From contig JBMSSC010000023.1 in NCBI GenBank assembly GCA_049424145.1, forward strand, positions 1-27,615: a stretch of 27,615 bases of DNA, read 5' to 3'. The notes under the pieces are model-generated. The model made no database searches. It saw nothing but the letters and a program-made list of their open reading frames with translations, and was not told the origin of the DNA. Position 1 is the stretch's first letter; the number at the start of each line of letters is the position of its first letter. This DNA is from Bdellovibrionia bacterium (GTDB lineage Bacteria; Bdellovibrionota; UBA1018). Positions 17,429 through 26,469 of this stretch are shown one piece after another. The position numbers and the translations under genes are program-made.

Positions 17429-17746
17429 ATGGGAAAAAGAAGACCGTTGGAAGCAAAAGAAAAGATCGATCAAGTGTTCACTCAGGCGAGAGAGTCGTTT
17501 AAGCTCCTGCAGACCTTTGAAAAGGAGGCTTTGGCTAAGGCACGCTCTTTTGTAAAAAAGTCAAACACGAGAGAAACTCTTCAGTTGACCAATGATACAA
17601 TTCTAGCTGGATTAAGAAAGCTGGGTGTTGCAACTCAGGCTGAAGTGGATGCGCTTAAATTTAAGCTCCAAGACTTAGAGGCTTCGATGAAAAGCACCAA
17701 TCACGCGGCGCATTCAAAAGAAAATACCTCCTCAGTGAAGGAATAG
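17429..17746 (+). CDS. Small coiled-coil protein with phasin/BMFP-like C-terminal motif
   Basis: LRKLGVATQAEVDALKFKLQDLE resembles the C-terminal motif of phasin-like/UbiK(BMFP)-like proteins; GAGG upstream. Confidence 0.7.
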   Translation: MGKRRPLEAKEKIDQVFTQARESFKLLQTFEKEALAKARSFVKKSNTRETLQLTNDTILAGLRKLGVATQAEVDALKFKLQDLEASMKSTNHAAHSKENTSSVKE

Positions 17747-17808
17747 TTTTTAAATTAAATCATTTTTTTTAATAATAAAAACACTGAAATATCAAGCATT
17801 TATAGAGC

Positions 17809-17847
17809 AATGCCCGAGGTCATTTTTTGACTCGGGCATTCTTATTT
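17809..17847 (+). terminator. Probable intrinsic terminator or hairpin before the giant lipoprotein gene
   Basis: AATGCCCGAG (17809-17818) / CTCGGGCATT (17831-17840), extendable by TCA/TGA, followed by CTTATTT. Confidence 0.6.
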
Positions 17848-17861
17848 GATACTAATTTTGG

Positions 17862-20800
17862 ATGAGTTTCAGAATAAGAAAATTCAGACTAGCCTCAATC
17901 CTTGTTGCCTTGATCACCACGAGTTGCTCTCCGGGAGTATTTTTCGGAGGGAAAGATGAAAAAATCTTAAGGACTCCAAGTTATCGAAGAGTCAATGTGG
18001 CTTGTAGCGGTATGGAGTTGTCGAGTTCAACTCTGGATGTGGCTCAGTCCAGAGAGATTCTTCATTGCTTCAACTCCAGCGGCGCTTTAGATCCCTTGGA
18101 TCGTTTAGTGAGTAGACTGACTGATGCAGAGCTTTTGCCTTTTGTTCGTGGTTTAAATAAGTATGTATTAAATAATGAAAAGAAGCTCTATGAACTGGAG
18201 CGAACTTATCGCTCCATGGATGAGAAAGGGTTGCTCGCTCCCGTTCTCTTGAGCTTCGGGAAGATGATCGAAGACGATCGTTGGGTGAGCAGCATCTTCA
18301 GTCTGCTTCAATCCGGATTTGAGGGGCAGAAGCAGCAAGAGGTTTTAAAAGCTTTAGAGTTGCTCTCAGAAAAGCTTCAGTCAAAGACCGTGAGTTGGAG
18401 CCTGGATCTCTCCCATAGTCTCTTACAAGAGCCTTTCATTGCCGATCTCAAGCGCAACTGGAGTCGAAAGCTCCCTGAATCCCCAAGGACTCTGGAATTT
18501 GATGCGCTCATTTCAGCCCTTCATCAGTACATTCAAAGAGATCACGTCTATTCATGCGATCAGCACGTAGTGCCCCTTAAAAAAGACTGGCTTGAAACGG
18601 TTTTATTGCCTGGCCAAGGAGATGTTCTCTCCGTTCTTGAGCAGCTCTTAGGAACCGATGAAGCCGCAATTCGAAAAAACGCGGGACTCATCTCAAAGAT
18701 TTTTCAAGCCTCTTTAGCCGCTCCTCAAGCTGATTCTCAGGCTTTTTTGCTCGAGGATTTGTCCGCGGCCATGAGGGATCTCAGACGACCCGTGGAGTGC
18801 ATGGAGGGGACACGATCCATTCCCAATGCGGCCCTTCACGTCCTGCGCGAGCTGGCCCAGTTGGAAGTTCAAGAAAGTTCCCCCGACTTAGCCGCCCAGT
18901 TTGTTTTACGAACCCTGCCGCTTGAGCTCATGACCCTGAGGCCGTTTTGTCAGTTTCCCGCAGAGATTCAGACCTACTACCCTGCTTTAGTCCGGTTTGC
19001 GCAATCCGGTGCCATGGAGCCATTGGCTCGCGTGGTCAAAGCCCTGGCCACAGTGGAGCGTCCCTGGAGGGGATGCCAAGGGGAGGCTCCCGCTTCCTCC
19101 GAGGTCTACCGCCCCCTGCTCACGTTGTTTTTAAACGGCTTAGGCGATTTATCCGGATCCCAAGCCTCAGGCTCGCCCTCTTCAGGGTTATTTTCCGTCT
19201 TAGCCGAGCTCACTGAGCGCGATGTCTGGCCTGAGCTGCTTTTGATCGCCATGGCCCCTGAGAAGGATGATCTGCTTCAAATCCAAGACGGGGTTCGATT
19301 TTTATTCTCCCCGCAGCCCAAACTCTCAGGAAAAAGCCTCTTTGATTTGTTCATGACCTTGAGCGCTCAGGCTCGGTTTGAAGATGTGCTGCAATTTGCC
19401 CAAGGCGTGAGGAAGCTCGTTCAATCCGAAGATCCGATTGTGGGAAATTTCCTTCAGGATCTGAGGCGGGCATTCTATGTCAATGATGCCCATCCGATTT
19501 TAGACTTAGTTCACGATGCGTTCAGTGTGGCCACTGAGGATCGAGACTTTTATGGGGCCCTGTTTCGATTGGTGAAGGATCCAGATTTTTCCGAAACCAT
19601 TCGCATGTTTTCAGCCATGAGCCAGGATGGACGCTTGCAAGAACTCCTGGGAGCTTTGGTCAATCTCTTTCATCGCTTTGCTGAAAATGGGCAAAAATGG
19701 GTGGAGATTCATGAGACGAGCCTTCCAGCCTTAAAACCCCTGCGTTATCACCTCACTCGCCAAGACTTAAGCCCGTTCCCCTTGCATCCCATCACGGAGG
19801 ATAGCTCCTGGTATCACCCCAGCTGCGGGGAGTTGAATTTCAGCTTCTCTTTGGCTGAAGTATCCGATCCCCAGTTTGATCAACAGATTCGTCACTACAT
19901 TCATTGTCAAAATGGAGCCAGTGGGCAAACCAACGTGGGTGCAGCTTTGGATTTTTTATTGAACTCACAAACGGATACCCAGGAATCTTTCTTGAAGTTT
20001 CAGGTTCAACGCGCAAAGAATCTATTTTCCTCCTCCTCGCTTCACTCCGATCGGCTCACACCTGCAGAGATTCATCGGCTCACTGAAGGGTGGCTTCAGT
20101 CCTTTGATGACGGACGGTTTTTTCAGCTGCTTGAGGGGATTCCCTTCTGGGTGGCTCCTCAAGCCTCATCCTCTCCGATGGATTCTACGGCGTCTTCTGC
20201 CCCAAGCCAGTCCGCCTTAACCCATGAGTCTCACTCCGTCAAAGGCCAAGTGCTAAAGCCCCTGCTTGAGGTTCTCCATCAAGTCACGGCTCAGGCCCAC
20301 TCTCATCTCGCGCCGTTAGAAAAGCACTTAGCCCGTGTGCTTCGACATGACGATTTTCCTCGTCTCCTTGAAGATGGCCTGCAGATGATTTCAAAAAAAG
20401 CACTCCCCGTGGCCTCCCCCTCTCCCCGAGTGCGACCCAAGGCCCTAGCTCAGTTTGATCGGCAACAGATTGCCCTCTGGGTGGACTACAAAGAGTGTGC
20501 AACCTTGTCGGTGGATCCTCACGTGCGCCAGCAGCAGATTGAACGGCGCGTGGAGCAAATCTTAGATGAAGCTCAAGATAACCTCACCAACTGGGAGCTG
20601 GTGCAAAAGCCCGGGGACTCCTTGCTTGCTCCCCGACAGAGCTGGAATTACGAGGAGGCAAAACAAGCGGTTCTTCCTATTTTAAGAAAAATCGCTGATC
20701 GCGACCATCAGAGTGTGAAGGAACGATGGATTTTAGATAGCTTTGTGAACTTCAATCGCTACTTTGCAACGCCCGAGGATGCTCAGGAGCTGACGGCCCA

Positions 20801-22502
20801 AGAAAAGCGTCAGTTTCACTACGCGCCCGATGATCTCCTCAATTGGCTCTATGAGCGATCGGTGGATTACCGGCTCATCACTTATTATTACAAAGAAGAT
20901 GAGTTCCCTCGAGTGCGTTTGGTGAACTCCTTGGATCTGCTGGAGTTAACCCTGACCAATGTGGATTTCATGGCCCCGTTTCCGGTGTCCAAGAACATGG
21001 GACTCGACTTTCTCTCCGAGCTTGCAGATGCTTGGGGAGATGAGCCCGAGGAGCGCTGGCCCGAGGAGATTCGAGCCCAGTACCCAAGTGCTCAGCATCG
21101 GCCTAAGACTGTGATTCAAGCCATTGAAGACATTGTGAATCGCCCAGGAATTACGGGATTAGATAACCTCGAGAAGCTGACCTATCGCTACATTGGGTTA
21201 CCCGAGTTTCCCCACTGTTACCGGAATGTTCCAGGGACCCAGCCCGATCCTCAGGCCAAAGCCTCCTTGGGTTGGATGAATCCCTTGATTATCTCCCACG
21301 AACAGCGATCCGAGTTTCAGCGCCACCTCTATAACCTCTGGCAGTCCCAGTCCGTCCTTGTGGAAAATGCCCAGCGACATCAACTGAACATCCTTCGAGA
21401 TTTATTTTTTGAAATCAAATACTCCACCCCAAAGAGCCTAAGAACACCGACAGCAGAAGACGGCAATAACCTTTCGGTCGTTTTACGGTCCGTCCGGATG
21501 GGGGTCCTTCGGCAGATTGGACGCCAACTTCAGCATTTTGATCCCCAAGACCCAGTCTTAAGGGATTTTTTTCGCTCTTTCGTTCATGCGGGAAGCTCCC
21601 CTGAGTTTGCTTCCCTTGCCTTCACTCTCATTCAAAGTGGAGCCGATCATCAGTTTTTTCTCGATCTTTTAAAGGTCGTGTTCGACCTCTTAGAGCAGTC
21701 CACTCCTGACCAAAGGGCTCGTCTGAATCAAATGGCGTTTTATGGGGTGGCCAACATCAATCGAGTCGACCCCTGGACGCCGCAGCATCCGCTGAGCAAG
21801 ACGGTTGATTTGGTGGATCTCCTGCTGCTCCGAAGCACTGAAGCCGTTGAGATTTTAGGCCGCGATTTCTCCTCGCAGGATCCCTCCATTCATCACTGGC
21901 TTCCTCAAGGAGTAAAAAACCACGAGTTCCTGCTTGAGCTGCTCAAGTCCGAGACCCTAGCCTCACTTCCTCGGGTGATTCACGAGACCCTCACTTCGGA
22001 GCAACAGCAGAGGTGGAAAACTCAAATGATGGACTTTTTAGCGCCTCGGGGAACAGCACCTGGGCAATTGCTCAATTTTGAGCCCTCGCTTGTGGGAAAC
22101 CTAGCCCACCTCTGGAAGGCAATCGACTCCCATGAGCGCTCCCGCCAATCCCTGCGTGAGTTCTTCAATCGTTATGACCAACTGACGGAGCTTCAGGAGT
22201 ATCGAAGCTTGGATTTGGCCAAGAGTTGGGATCCGATCCTGAAATTCTTTCAAAACCAAGCTCACGACGGTTCCCCCTCCTCGCACGAAGATCAAAGGCT
22301 GGCTCGTAAACTGAGAGGTCATCTTGCTCAACTTTTAGACGAAGGGGTCTTGGATCAAATCTTGGTTTTAGAAAAAAATAATCCTGAACAATTTTATCAA
22401 ACGCTTCAGACTTTCAGCCAAATGGCTTCCGCGGATCAGTCCCAGGGTTTGAAAAAATTCTTCTCTATGGTTCGACGAAGTCTTTCTGAGAAATCATATT
22501 GA
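17862..22502 (+). CDS. Very large hypothetical lipoprotein (1546 aa), predicted mostly alpha-helical
   Basis: Uninterrupted 4.6-kb ORF. Basic N-region, hydrophobic stretch and TTSC(22) lipobox-like site. No catalytic motif recognised. Confidence 0.88.
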   Translation: MSFRIRKFRLASILVALITTSCSPGVFFGGKDEKILRTPSYRRVNVACSGMELSSSTLDVAQSREILHCFNSSGALDPLDRLVSRLTDAELLPFVRGLNKYVLNNEKKLYELERTYRSMDEKGLLAPVLLSFGKMIEDDRWVSSIFSLLQSGFEGQKQQEVLKALELLSEKLQSKTVSWSLDLSHSLLQEPFIADLKRNWSRKLPESPRTLEFDALISALHQYIQRDHVYSCDQHVVPLKKDWLETVLLPGQGDVLSVLEQLLGTDEAAIRKNAGLISKIFQASLAAPQADSQAFLLEDLSAAMRDLRRPVECMEGTRSIPNAALHVLRELAQLEVQESSPDLAAQFVLRTLPLELMTLRPFCQFPAEIQTYYPALVRFAQSGAMEPLARVVKALATVERPWRGCQGEAPASSEVYRPLLTLFLNGLGDLSGSQASGSPSSGLFSVLAELTERDVWPELLLIAMAPEKDDLLQIQDGVRFLFSPQPKLSGKSLFDLFMTLSAQARFEDVLQFAQGVRKLVQSEDPIVGNFLQDLRRAFYVNDAHPILDLVHDAFSVATEDRDFYGALFRLVKDPDFSETIRMFSAMSQDGRLQELLGALVNLFHRFAENGQKWVEIHETSLPALKPLRYHLTRQDLSPFPLHPITEDSSWYHPSCGELNFSFSLAEVSDPQFDQQIRHYIHCQNGASGQTNVGAALDFLLNSQTDTQESFLKFQVQRAKNLFSSSSLHSDRLTPAEIHRLTEGWLQSFDDGRFFQLLEGIPFWVAPQASSSPMDSTASSAPSQSALTHESHSVKGQVLKPLLEVLHQVTAQAHSHLAPLEKHLARVLRHDDFPRLLEDGLQMISKKALPVASPSPRVRPKALAQFDRQQIALWVDYKECATLSVDPHVRQQQIERRVEQILDEAQDNLTNWELVQKPGDSLLAPRQSWNYEEAKQAVLPILRKIADRDHQSVKERWILDSFVNFNRYFATPEDAQELTAQEKRQFHYAPDDLLNWLYERSVDYRLITYYYKEDEFPRVRLVNSLDLLELTLTNVDFMAPFPVSKNMGLDFLSELADAWGDEPEERWPEEIRAQYPSAQHRPKTVIQAIEDIVNRPGITGLDNLEKLTYRYIGLPEFPHCYRNVPGTQPDPQAKASLGWMNPLIISHEQRSEFQRHLYNLWQSQSVLVENAQRHQLNILRDLFFEIKYSTPKSLRTPTAEDGNNLSVVLRSVRMGVLRQIGRQLQHFDPQDPVLRDFFRSFVHAGSSPEFASLAFTLIQSGADHQFFLDLLKVVFDLLEQSTPDQRARLNQMAFYGVANINRVDPWTPQHPLSKTVDLVDLLLLRSTEAVEILGRDFSSQDPSIHHWLPQGVKNHEFLLELLKSETLASLPRVIHETLTSEQQQRWKTQMMDFLAPRGTAPGQLLNFEPSLVGNLAHLWKAIDSHERSRQSLREFFNRYDQLTELQEYRSLDLAKSWDPILKFFQNQAHDGSPSSHEDQRLARKLRGHLAQLLDEGVLDQILVLEKNNPEQFYQTLQTFSQMASADQSQGLKKFFSMVRRSLSEKSY

Positions 22503-22505
22503 TAG

Positions 22506-22511
22506 TATAAT
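22506..22511 (+). promoter_or_regulatory. Consensus -10 box, putative leaderless promoter for moxR
   Basis: TATAAT followed 7 nt later by in-frame ATG 22519; no SD upstream. Confidence 0.5.
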
Positions 22512-22518
22512 GGGGCCT

Positions 22519-23511
22519 ATGTCATCCATCGATGTGCAAGCCATCACTCAGGAAATTAAAAAACAAAGTGAAGTAATCGATCTGATTTTAGCTGAGACCT
22601 CTCAAGTCATCGTAGGACAGCGGGTCTTAATCGAAAGGCTCATTCTTGCCATCTTGTGCGAGGGGCACGTTCTGTTAGAAGGGCTCCCCGGTTTGGCAAA
22701 GACGCTGACGATTAAAACCCTCGCCGATGTCATTGAGGCGGATTTTCAGAGAATTCAGTTCACCCCCGATCTCCTTCCGGCTGATCTCGTGGGGACCATG
22801 ATCTTTAATCAAAAAACAGGGGATTTTACCCCGAAAAAAGGCCCGATCTTCACGAGCTTAGTTTTGGCCGATGAAATCAATCGAGCACCCGCTAAAGTTC
22901 AAAGCGCGTTGCTTGAAGCCATGGGAGAAGGTCAAGTCACCATTGGGGAAACCACCTACCCGATGAATGAGCTGTTTACGGTGCTAGCCACTCAAAATCC
23001 CATTGAACAGGAGGGGACCTATCCTCTGCCTGAGGCGCAGTTGGATCGATTTTTGTTTAAAGTCCGCGTGGGATACCCCAATTTATCGGAAGAAAAAACC
23101 ATTCTCAATCGGATGACCGGCACGGAGCGCCCGAAAGCAAGACGCGTGTGTCACCCTCGTTCGCTTCTCCAAGCCCGCTTGCTGTGTCGTCAAATCTACA
23201 TGGATGAGAAGCTGAAGGACTACATTCTCACCGTCGTTTTTGCGACCCGAAACCCAGATCGTTTTGGTCTACCCGAGTTGAAGGACCAAATCGAAGTCGG
23301 AGCCTCGCCTCGAGCCACCCTTGCTCTCACTCAAGCAAGCCGAGCCCATGCGTTCCTCCATCACCGAGGCTTTGTCACCCCAGAGGACATTAAGTCAATT
23401 GCCTATGATGTCTTAAGGCATCGGGTCTTAGTCTCTTTTGAGGCCGAAGCCGATGGTGTTGATAGTGATCAGGTGATTAAAAAAATCTTGGAGCGGGTCG
23501 AAGTCCCCTAA
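22519..23511 (+). CDS. moxR: MoxR-family AAA+ ATPase
   Basis: GHVLLEGLPGLAKT (Walker A), RIQFTPDLLPADLVG, LADEINRAPAKVQSALLEAM, ATQNPIEQEGTYPLPEAQLDRF, GASPRA, VLRHR. Start 22519 or 22510. Confidence 0.97.
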   Translation: MSSIDVQAITQEIKKQSEVIDLILAETSQVIVGQRVLIERLILAILCEGHVLLEGLPGLAKTLTIKTLADVIEADFQRIQFTPDLLPADLVGTMIFNQKTGDFTPKKGPIFTSLVLADEINRAPAKVQSALLEAMGEGQVTIGETTYPMNELFTVLATQNPIEQEGTYPLPEAQLDRFLFKVRVGYPNLSEEKTILNRMTGTERPKARRVCHPRSLLQARLLCRQIYMDEKLKDYILTVVFATRNPDRFGLPELKDQIEVGASPRATLALTQASRAHAFLHHRGFVTPEDIKSIAYDVLRHRVLVSFEAEADGVDSDQVIKKILERVEVP

Positions 23512-23516
23512 TCCCC

Positions 23517-24398
23517 ATGTTATCCCAAGAGCTACTGAAAAAAGTTCGCCTCATTGAGATTTCAACTCGTCGGGTGGTGGATGAGGTGGTTTCTGGACAA
23601 TACAAGAGCCATTTCAAAGGACAAGGCGTTCAGTTCTCTGAGCATCGTCTTTACGTTGCGGGAGACGACGTTCGCCACATCGATTGGAAAGTCAGTGCGA
23701 GAACCCGAGAGCCGCTGATTAAAAAGTTTGACGAAGAAAGGGAGCTGAACGTCTTTTTAGTGGTCGACATTTCAGGTTCTCAGTCGTTTGGCTCCAAAGA
23801 TCAGTTGAAATCCGAAGTGGCAGCTCAGCTCGGTGGCGTTTTAGCCTATGCTGCATCTCATACGGGAGACCAAGTGGGGCTCTTACTCTTTGCAGGGGAG
23901 GTGGAACGCGTGATTCCCCCTCGCAAGGGCCGTCAGCATATTCTTCGCCTCATTCGGGAACTGCTCGTGGCAAAGCCCACCACTCCAGGAACGGACTTGG
24001 CCTCAGCACTTGAGTCCACCGGGCGGATCATGAAGCACCGAGGGGTGATCTTTTTGATCAGCGATTTTATGGCTCAGGGGTATGAGCGTGCGCTCAGAAA
24101 ACTGGCAAAAAAACACGATGTGGTTGCTCTCCAGCTGTCTGATGAAAGGGAGAAGAGGCTGCCTGATTTAGGGCAGGTCCTCTTTTTTCATCCAGAAACG
24201 GAGCAAGAGTGCCTCGTGGACACGTCGTCCTATGAGTTTCGTAAATGGTTCACGCAGTACCAAAAGGAGTTTGAGACGAAGACTCGATCCGTGTTTAAAT
24301 CCAATCGGGTGGAGTCCTTAGTGATTTCAACTCAAGAGAATTATGGAGATGCCGTTATCCGATTTTTTCAAGCACGCTCCAGAAAGCGCAAATCATGA
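23517..24398 (+). CDS. DUF58 family vWA-like protein
   Basis: G.YKSHFKGQG..F.E.R.Y..GDDVRHIDWKVSAR, VDISGS, LISDF; usual MoxR partner. Confidence 0.95.
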   Translation: MLSQELLKKVRLIEISTRRVVDEVVSGQYKSHFKGQGVQFSEHRLYVAGDDVRHIDWKVSARTREPLIKKFDEERELNVFLVVDISGSQSFGSKDQLKSEVAAQLGGVLAYAASHTGDQVGLLLFAGEVERVIPPRKGRQHILRLIRELLVAKPTTPGTDLASALESTGRIMKHRGVIFLISDFMAQGYERALRKLAKKHDVVALQLSDEREKRLPDLGQVLFFHPETEQECLVDTSSYEFRKWFTQYQKEFETKTRSVFKSNRVESLVISTQENYGDAVIRFFQARSRKRKS

Positions 24399-25499
24399 GT
24401 GGAAGCAGTCATGCAGAGTCCAGTGATGGTTCGTAACTCGGTTCAGTCCAAGCTCAGTATTTTTTTGTTCTGTGTTGCGGTGACTTTAGGAAGTCGTATT
24501 CCTCTCGCCCGAGGATTGGATCAGCCCCCGGCCTCCGTCCCCACCTTTCCGCTTCAAAGGTTGGAGCAGAAAACCTCAGCCTCACCCCGCCCCGTCCAAG
24601 TCGGGGATCCGATTCTATTAAGAATCAAAGGGATTCAGGTTCCTGATCGCTTGCTTAAACCCCAAGACCTTAAGCTTTCCGTGTCGGAAGACGCCTTGCA
24701 AGAGGAAGGCTTTGGGTGGCAAACGGAGCTTGATGAGTCTGAAAAAAAAGCCTTTGAAGAGGACTCCAAAAGTGAATCAGGAGTGGATCTTCCCCTCAAA
24801 TTCATTCCTCTGAAGAAAGGGAAGCTCACACTGCCTCCTTTAGACCTGGTTGATTCCCAAGGCAAACTGCTTGCCAGGACCCAAGTCTGGGAGATTGAAG
24901 TTCAATCGGCGATTCTGCCCTCAGATCCAAAACCCCAGGAGCCCGCAGGGGCTCTCCCACCGGAGCGCCTTGCGGTTCCTTACTGGGTTCTCTTGGGCGG
25001 GGTTCTCCTGGCGCTTGTTTTGGGGACGGCTCTCGTTTATTCGCTCGTTCGGCTCTATCAAAAAAAGCGAAAGCAAGTGCGCTCACCCGCCCGCACGCTC
25101 ACAGAAGACGAGCAGGCTTTGGAAGATTTCAGGCACCTTCAAGCCCAAGGGTGGCTTGAAAACGGTCAATTTAAGGCCTACTACTTTCGAGTATCTGAGA
25201 TCTTGAAGACTTACTTTGGAGCGCGCTTTGACTTTGATGCGCCCGAGTCCACCACAGGAGAAATGATTCAGGTCTTCAGATCCCAGTTGGACTTAAAAAC
25301 TCCGGGTCTTACATCCGAATGGATTCTGCAGGTGCAGCAGCTCTTTGATCACTTGGATCGGGTGAAGTTCACGGATTATCGTCCGTTGGCTCAGGAACCT
25401 GAGTGGGTCATTCGCCAAGCCCACGAACTGGTGGTCAGTTCTCGCAGGACTCCTTTGATCCTTGACGCATCCAAAGGAGCGGTGCATGCGTCTTGCTAA
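24399..25499 (+). CDS. Bat-operon membrane protein (BatD/DUF4381-like): signal, beta-rich domain, TM helix, C-terminal helical domain
   Basis: VQVGDPILL..GKLTLPPL..IEVQS, TM WVLLGGVLLALVLGTALVY, then YYFRVSEILKTYF..A.ESTT.E..DRVKF; lies between DUF58 and batA. Start uncertain. Confidence 0.8.
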   Translation: MEAVMQSPVMVRNSVQSKLSIFLFCVAVTLGSRIPLARGLDQPPASVPTFPLQRLEQKTSASPRPVQVGDPILLRIKGIQVPDRLLKPQDLKLSVSEDALQEEGFGWQTELDESEKKAFEEDSKSESGVDLPLKFIPLKKGKLTLPPLDLVDSQGKLLARTQVWEIEVQSAILPSDPKPQEPAGALPPERLAVPYWVLLGGVLLALVLGTALVYSLVRLYQKKRKQVRSPARTLTEDEQALEDFRHLQAQGWLENGQFKAYYFRVSEILKTYFGARFDFDAPESTTGEMIQVFRSQLDLKTPGLTSEWILQVQQLFDHLDRVKFTDYRPLAQEPEWVIRQAHELVVSSRRTPLILDASKGAVHASC

Positions 25500-26469
25500 C
25501 TGGCCAGTTCTCATCCTTCTGCTGATCCTTCCGCTACTTCATCGCTGGTGGATGAATCGAAACAAGCCTCCTCGTGTGCGTTTCTCTCTTCCCCTCCCCG
25601 ATCAGGTGGCCAAAAAAAACCCTCTTCGGGCCATGCTGTTTTTGAAGTACTTGGGGATTTGCTTTTTCATCTTCGCTTTGGCTAGGCCCCAGAGGAGTTG
25701 GGTTCAAACCGAGCGCACGGTCAGCGGAGTGGATATCGTGATGCTCTTAGACGTGTCTGCCAGCATGACTATTGAGGATTTAGCTGAGCGCGCTCGAATT
25801 GATGTGGCCAAAGACACGATGGAGAGCTTTATTCAAGGCAGACAAAACGATCGCCTGGGGTTTGTCGTCTTCAGTGGGGAGCCCTTGACTCTGGTGCCTC
25901 CGACTCTGGACTACGGGCTTTTGCTCAATGCTTTGCATCAGGTCACCTTAGGCATACTTAAAGATGGAACCGGAATTGGAGATGGACTGTCACTAGCCAT
26001 CAGCCATCTAAAAAGTTCTCAGGCAAAAAGTCGAGTGGTGATTCTTTTAACAGACGGGGACAATAACGTCGGTCAAGTGGACCCAGCAACAGCAGGGGAA
26101 TTGGCCAAAGGATTTGGGATTCGAGTGTACACCATTGCTATTGGTCGTGAAGGCAAAGTCCGCATGCCCATTCGTCATGCAGGTCCATTTGGTAATCCCG
26201 TGACCACCTATCAGTGGTTTGACAACGCCTTAAACCCAGAGCTTCTTAAGAAGATTGCTGAGATGAGTGGCGGAAAGTTCTACCGTGTGACGGATGAAAA
26301 CACGCTGGAGGCCGTCTTTAAAGAGATTGATCAGCTGGAGAAAAGTGAAATCAAAGCGACCCAAAAAGTGAACTATGATGAGGCCTTTCAGACTCCATTG
26401 AAGCTTGGGCTTCTCACTCTTCTGCTGCAGCAACTCCTGGAGCGGGGCTGGTGGAGGTTTCTTCCATGA
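25486..26469 (+). CDS. batA: BatA-like vWA domain membrane protein
   Basis: N-terminal double TM ending ALARPQ, MIDAS DVSAS, DRLGFVVF, GTGIGDG, ILLTDGDNN, RVYTIAIG, C-terminal TM. Start moved to ATG 25486 (AAGGAG SD). Confidence 0.92.
   Translation: MRLANWPVLILLLILPLLHRWWMNRNKPPRVRFSLPLPDQVAKKNPLRAMLFLKYLGICFFIFALARPQRSWVQTERTVSGVDIVMLLDVSASMTIEDLAERARIDVAKDTMESFIQGRQNDRLGFVVFSGEPLTLVPPTLDYGLLLNALHQVTLGILKDGTGIGDGLSLAISHLKSSQAKSRVVILLTDGDNNVGQVDPATAGELAKGFGIRVYTIAIGREGKVRMPIRHAGPFGNPVTTYQWFDNALNPELLKKIAEMSGGKFYRVTDENTLEAVFKEIDQLEKSEIKATQKVNYDEAFQTPLKLGLLTLLLQQLLERGWWRFLP

Noticed and set aside
17747..17805. AT-rich tract near dnaB as a replication origin or dif site
   Set aside because: No DnaA boxes (TTATCCACA-like) or XerC/D consensus seen.
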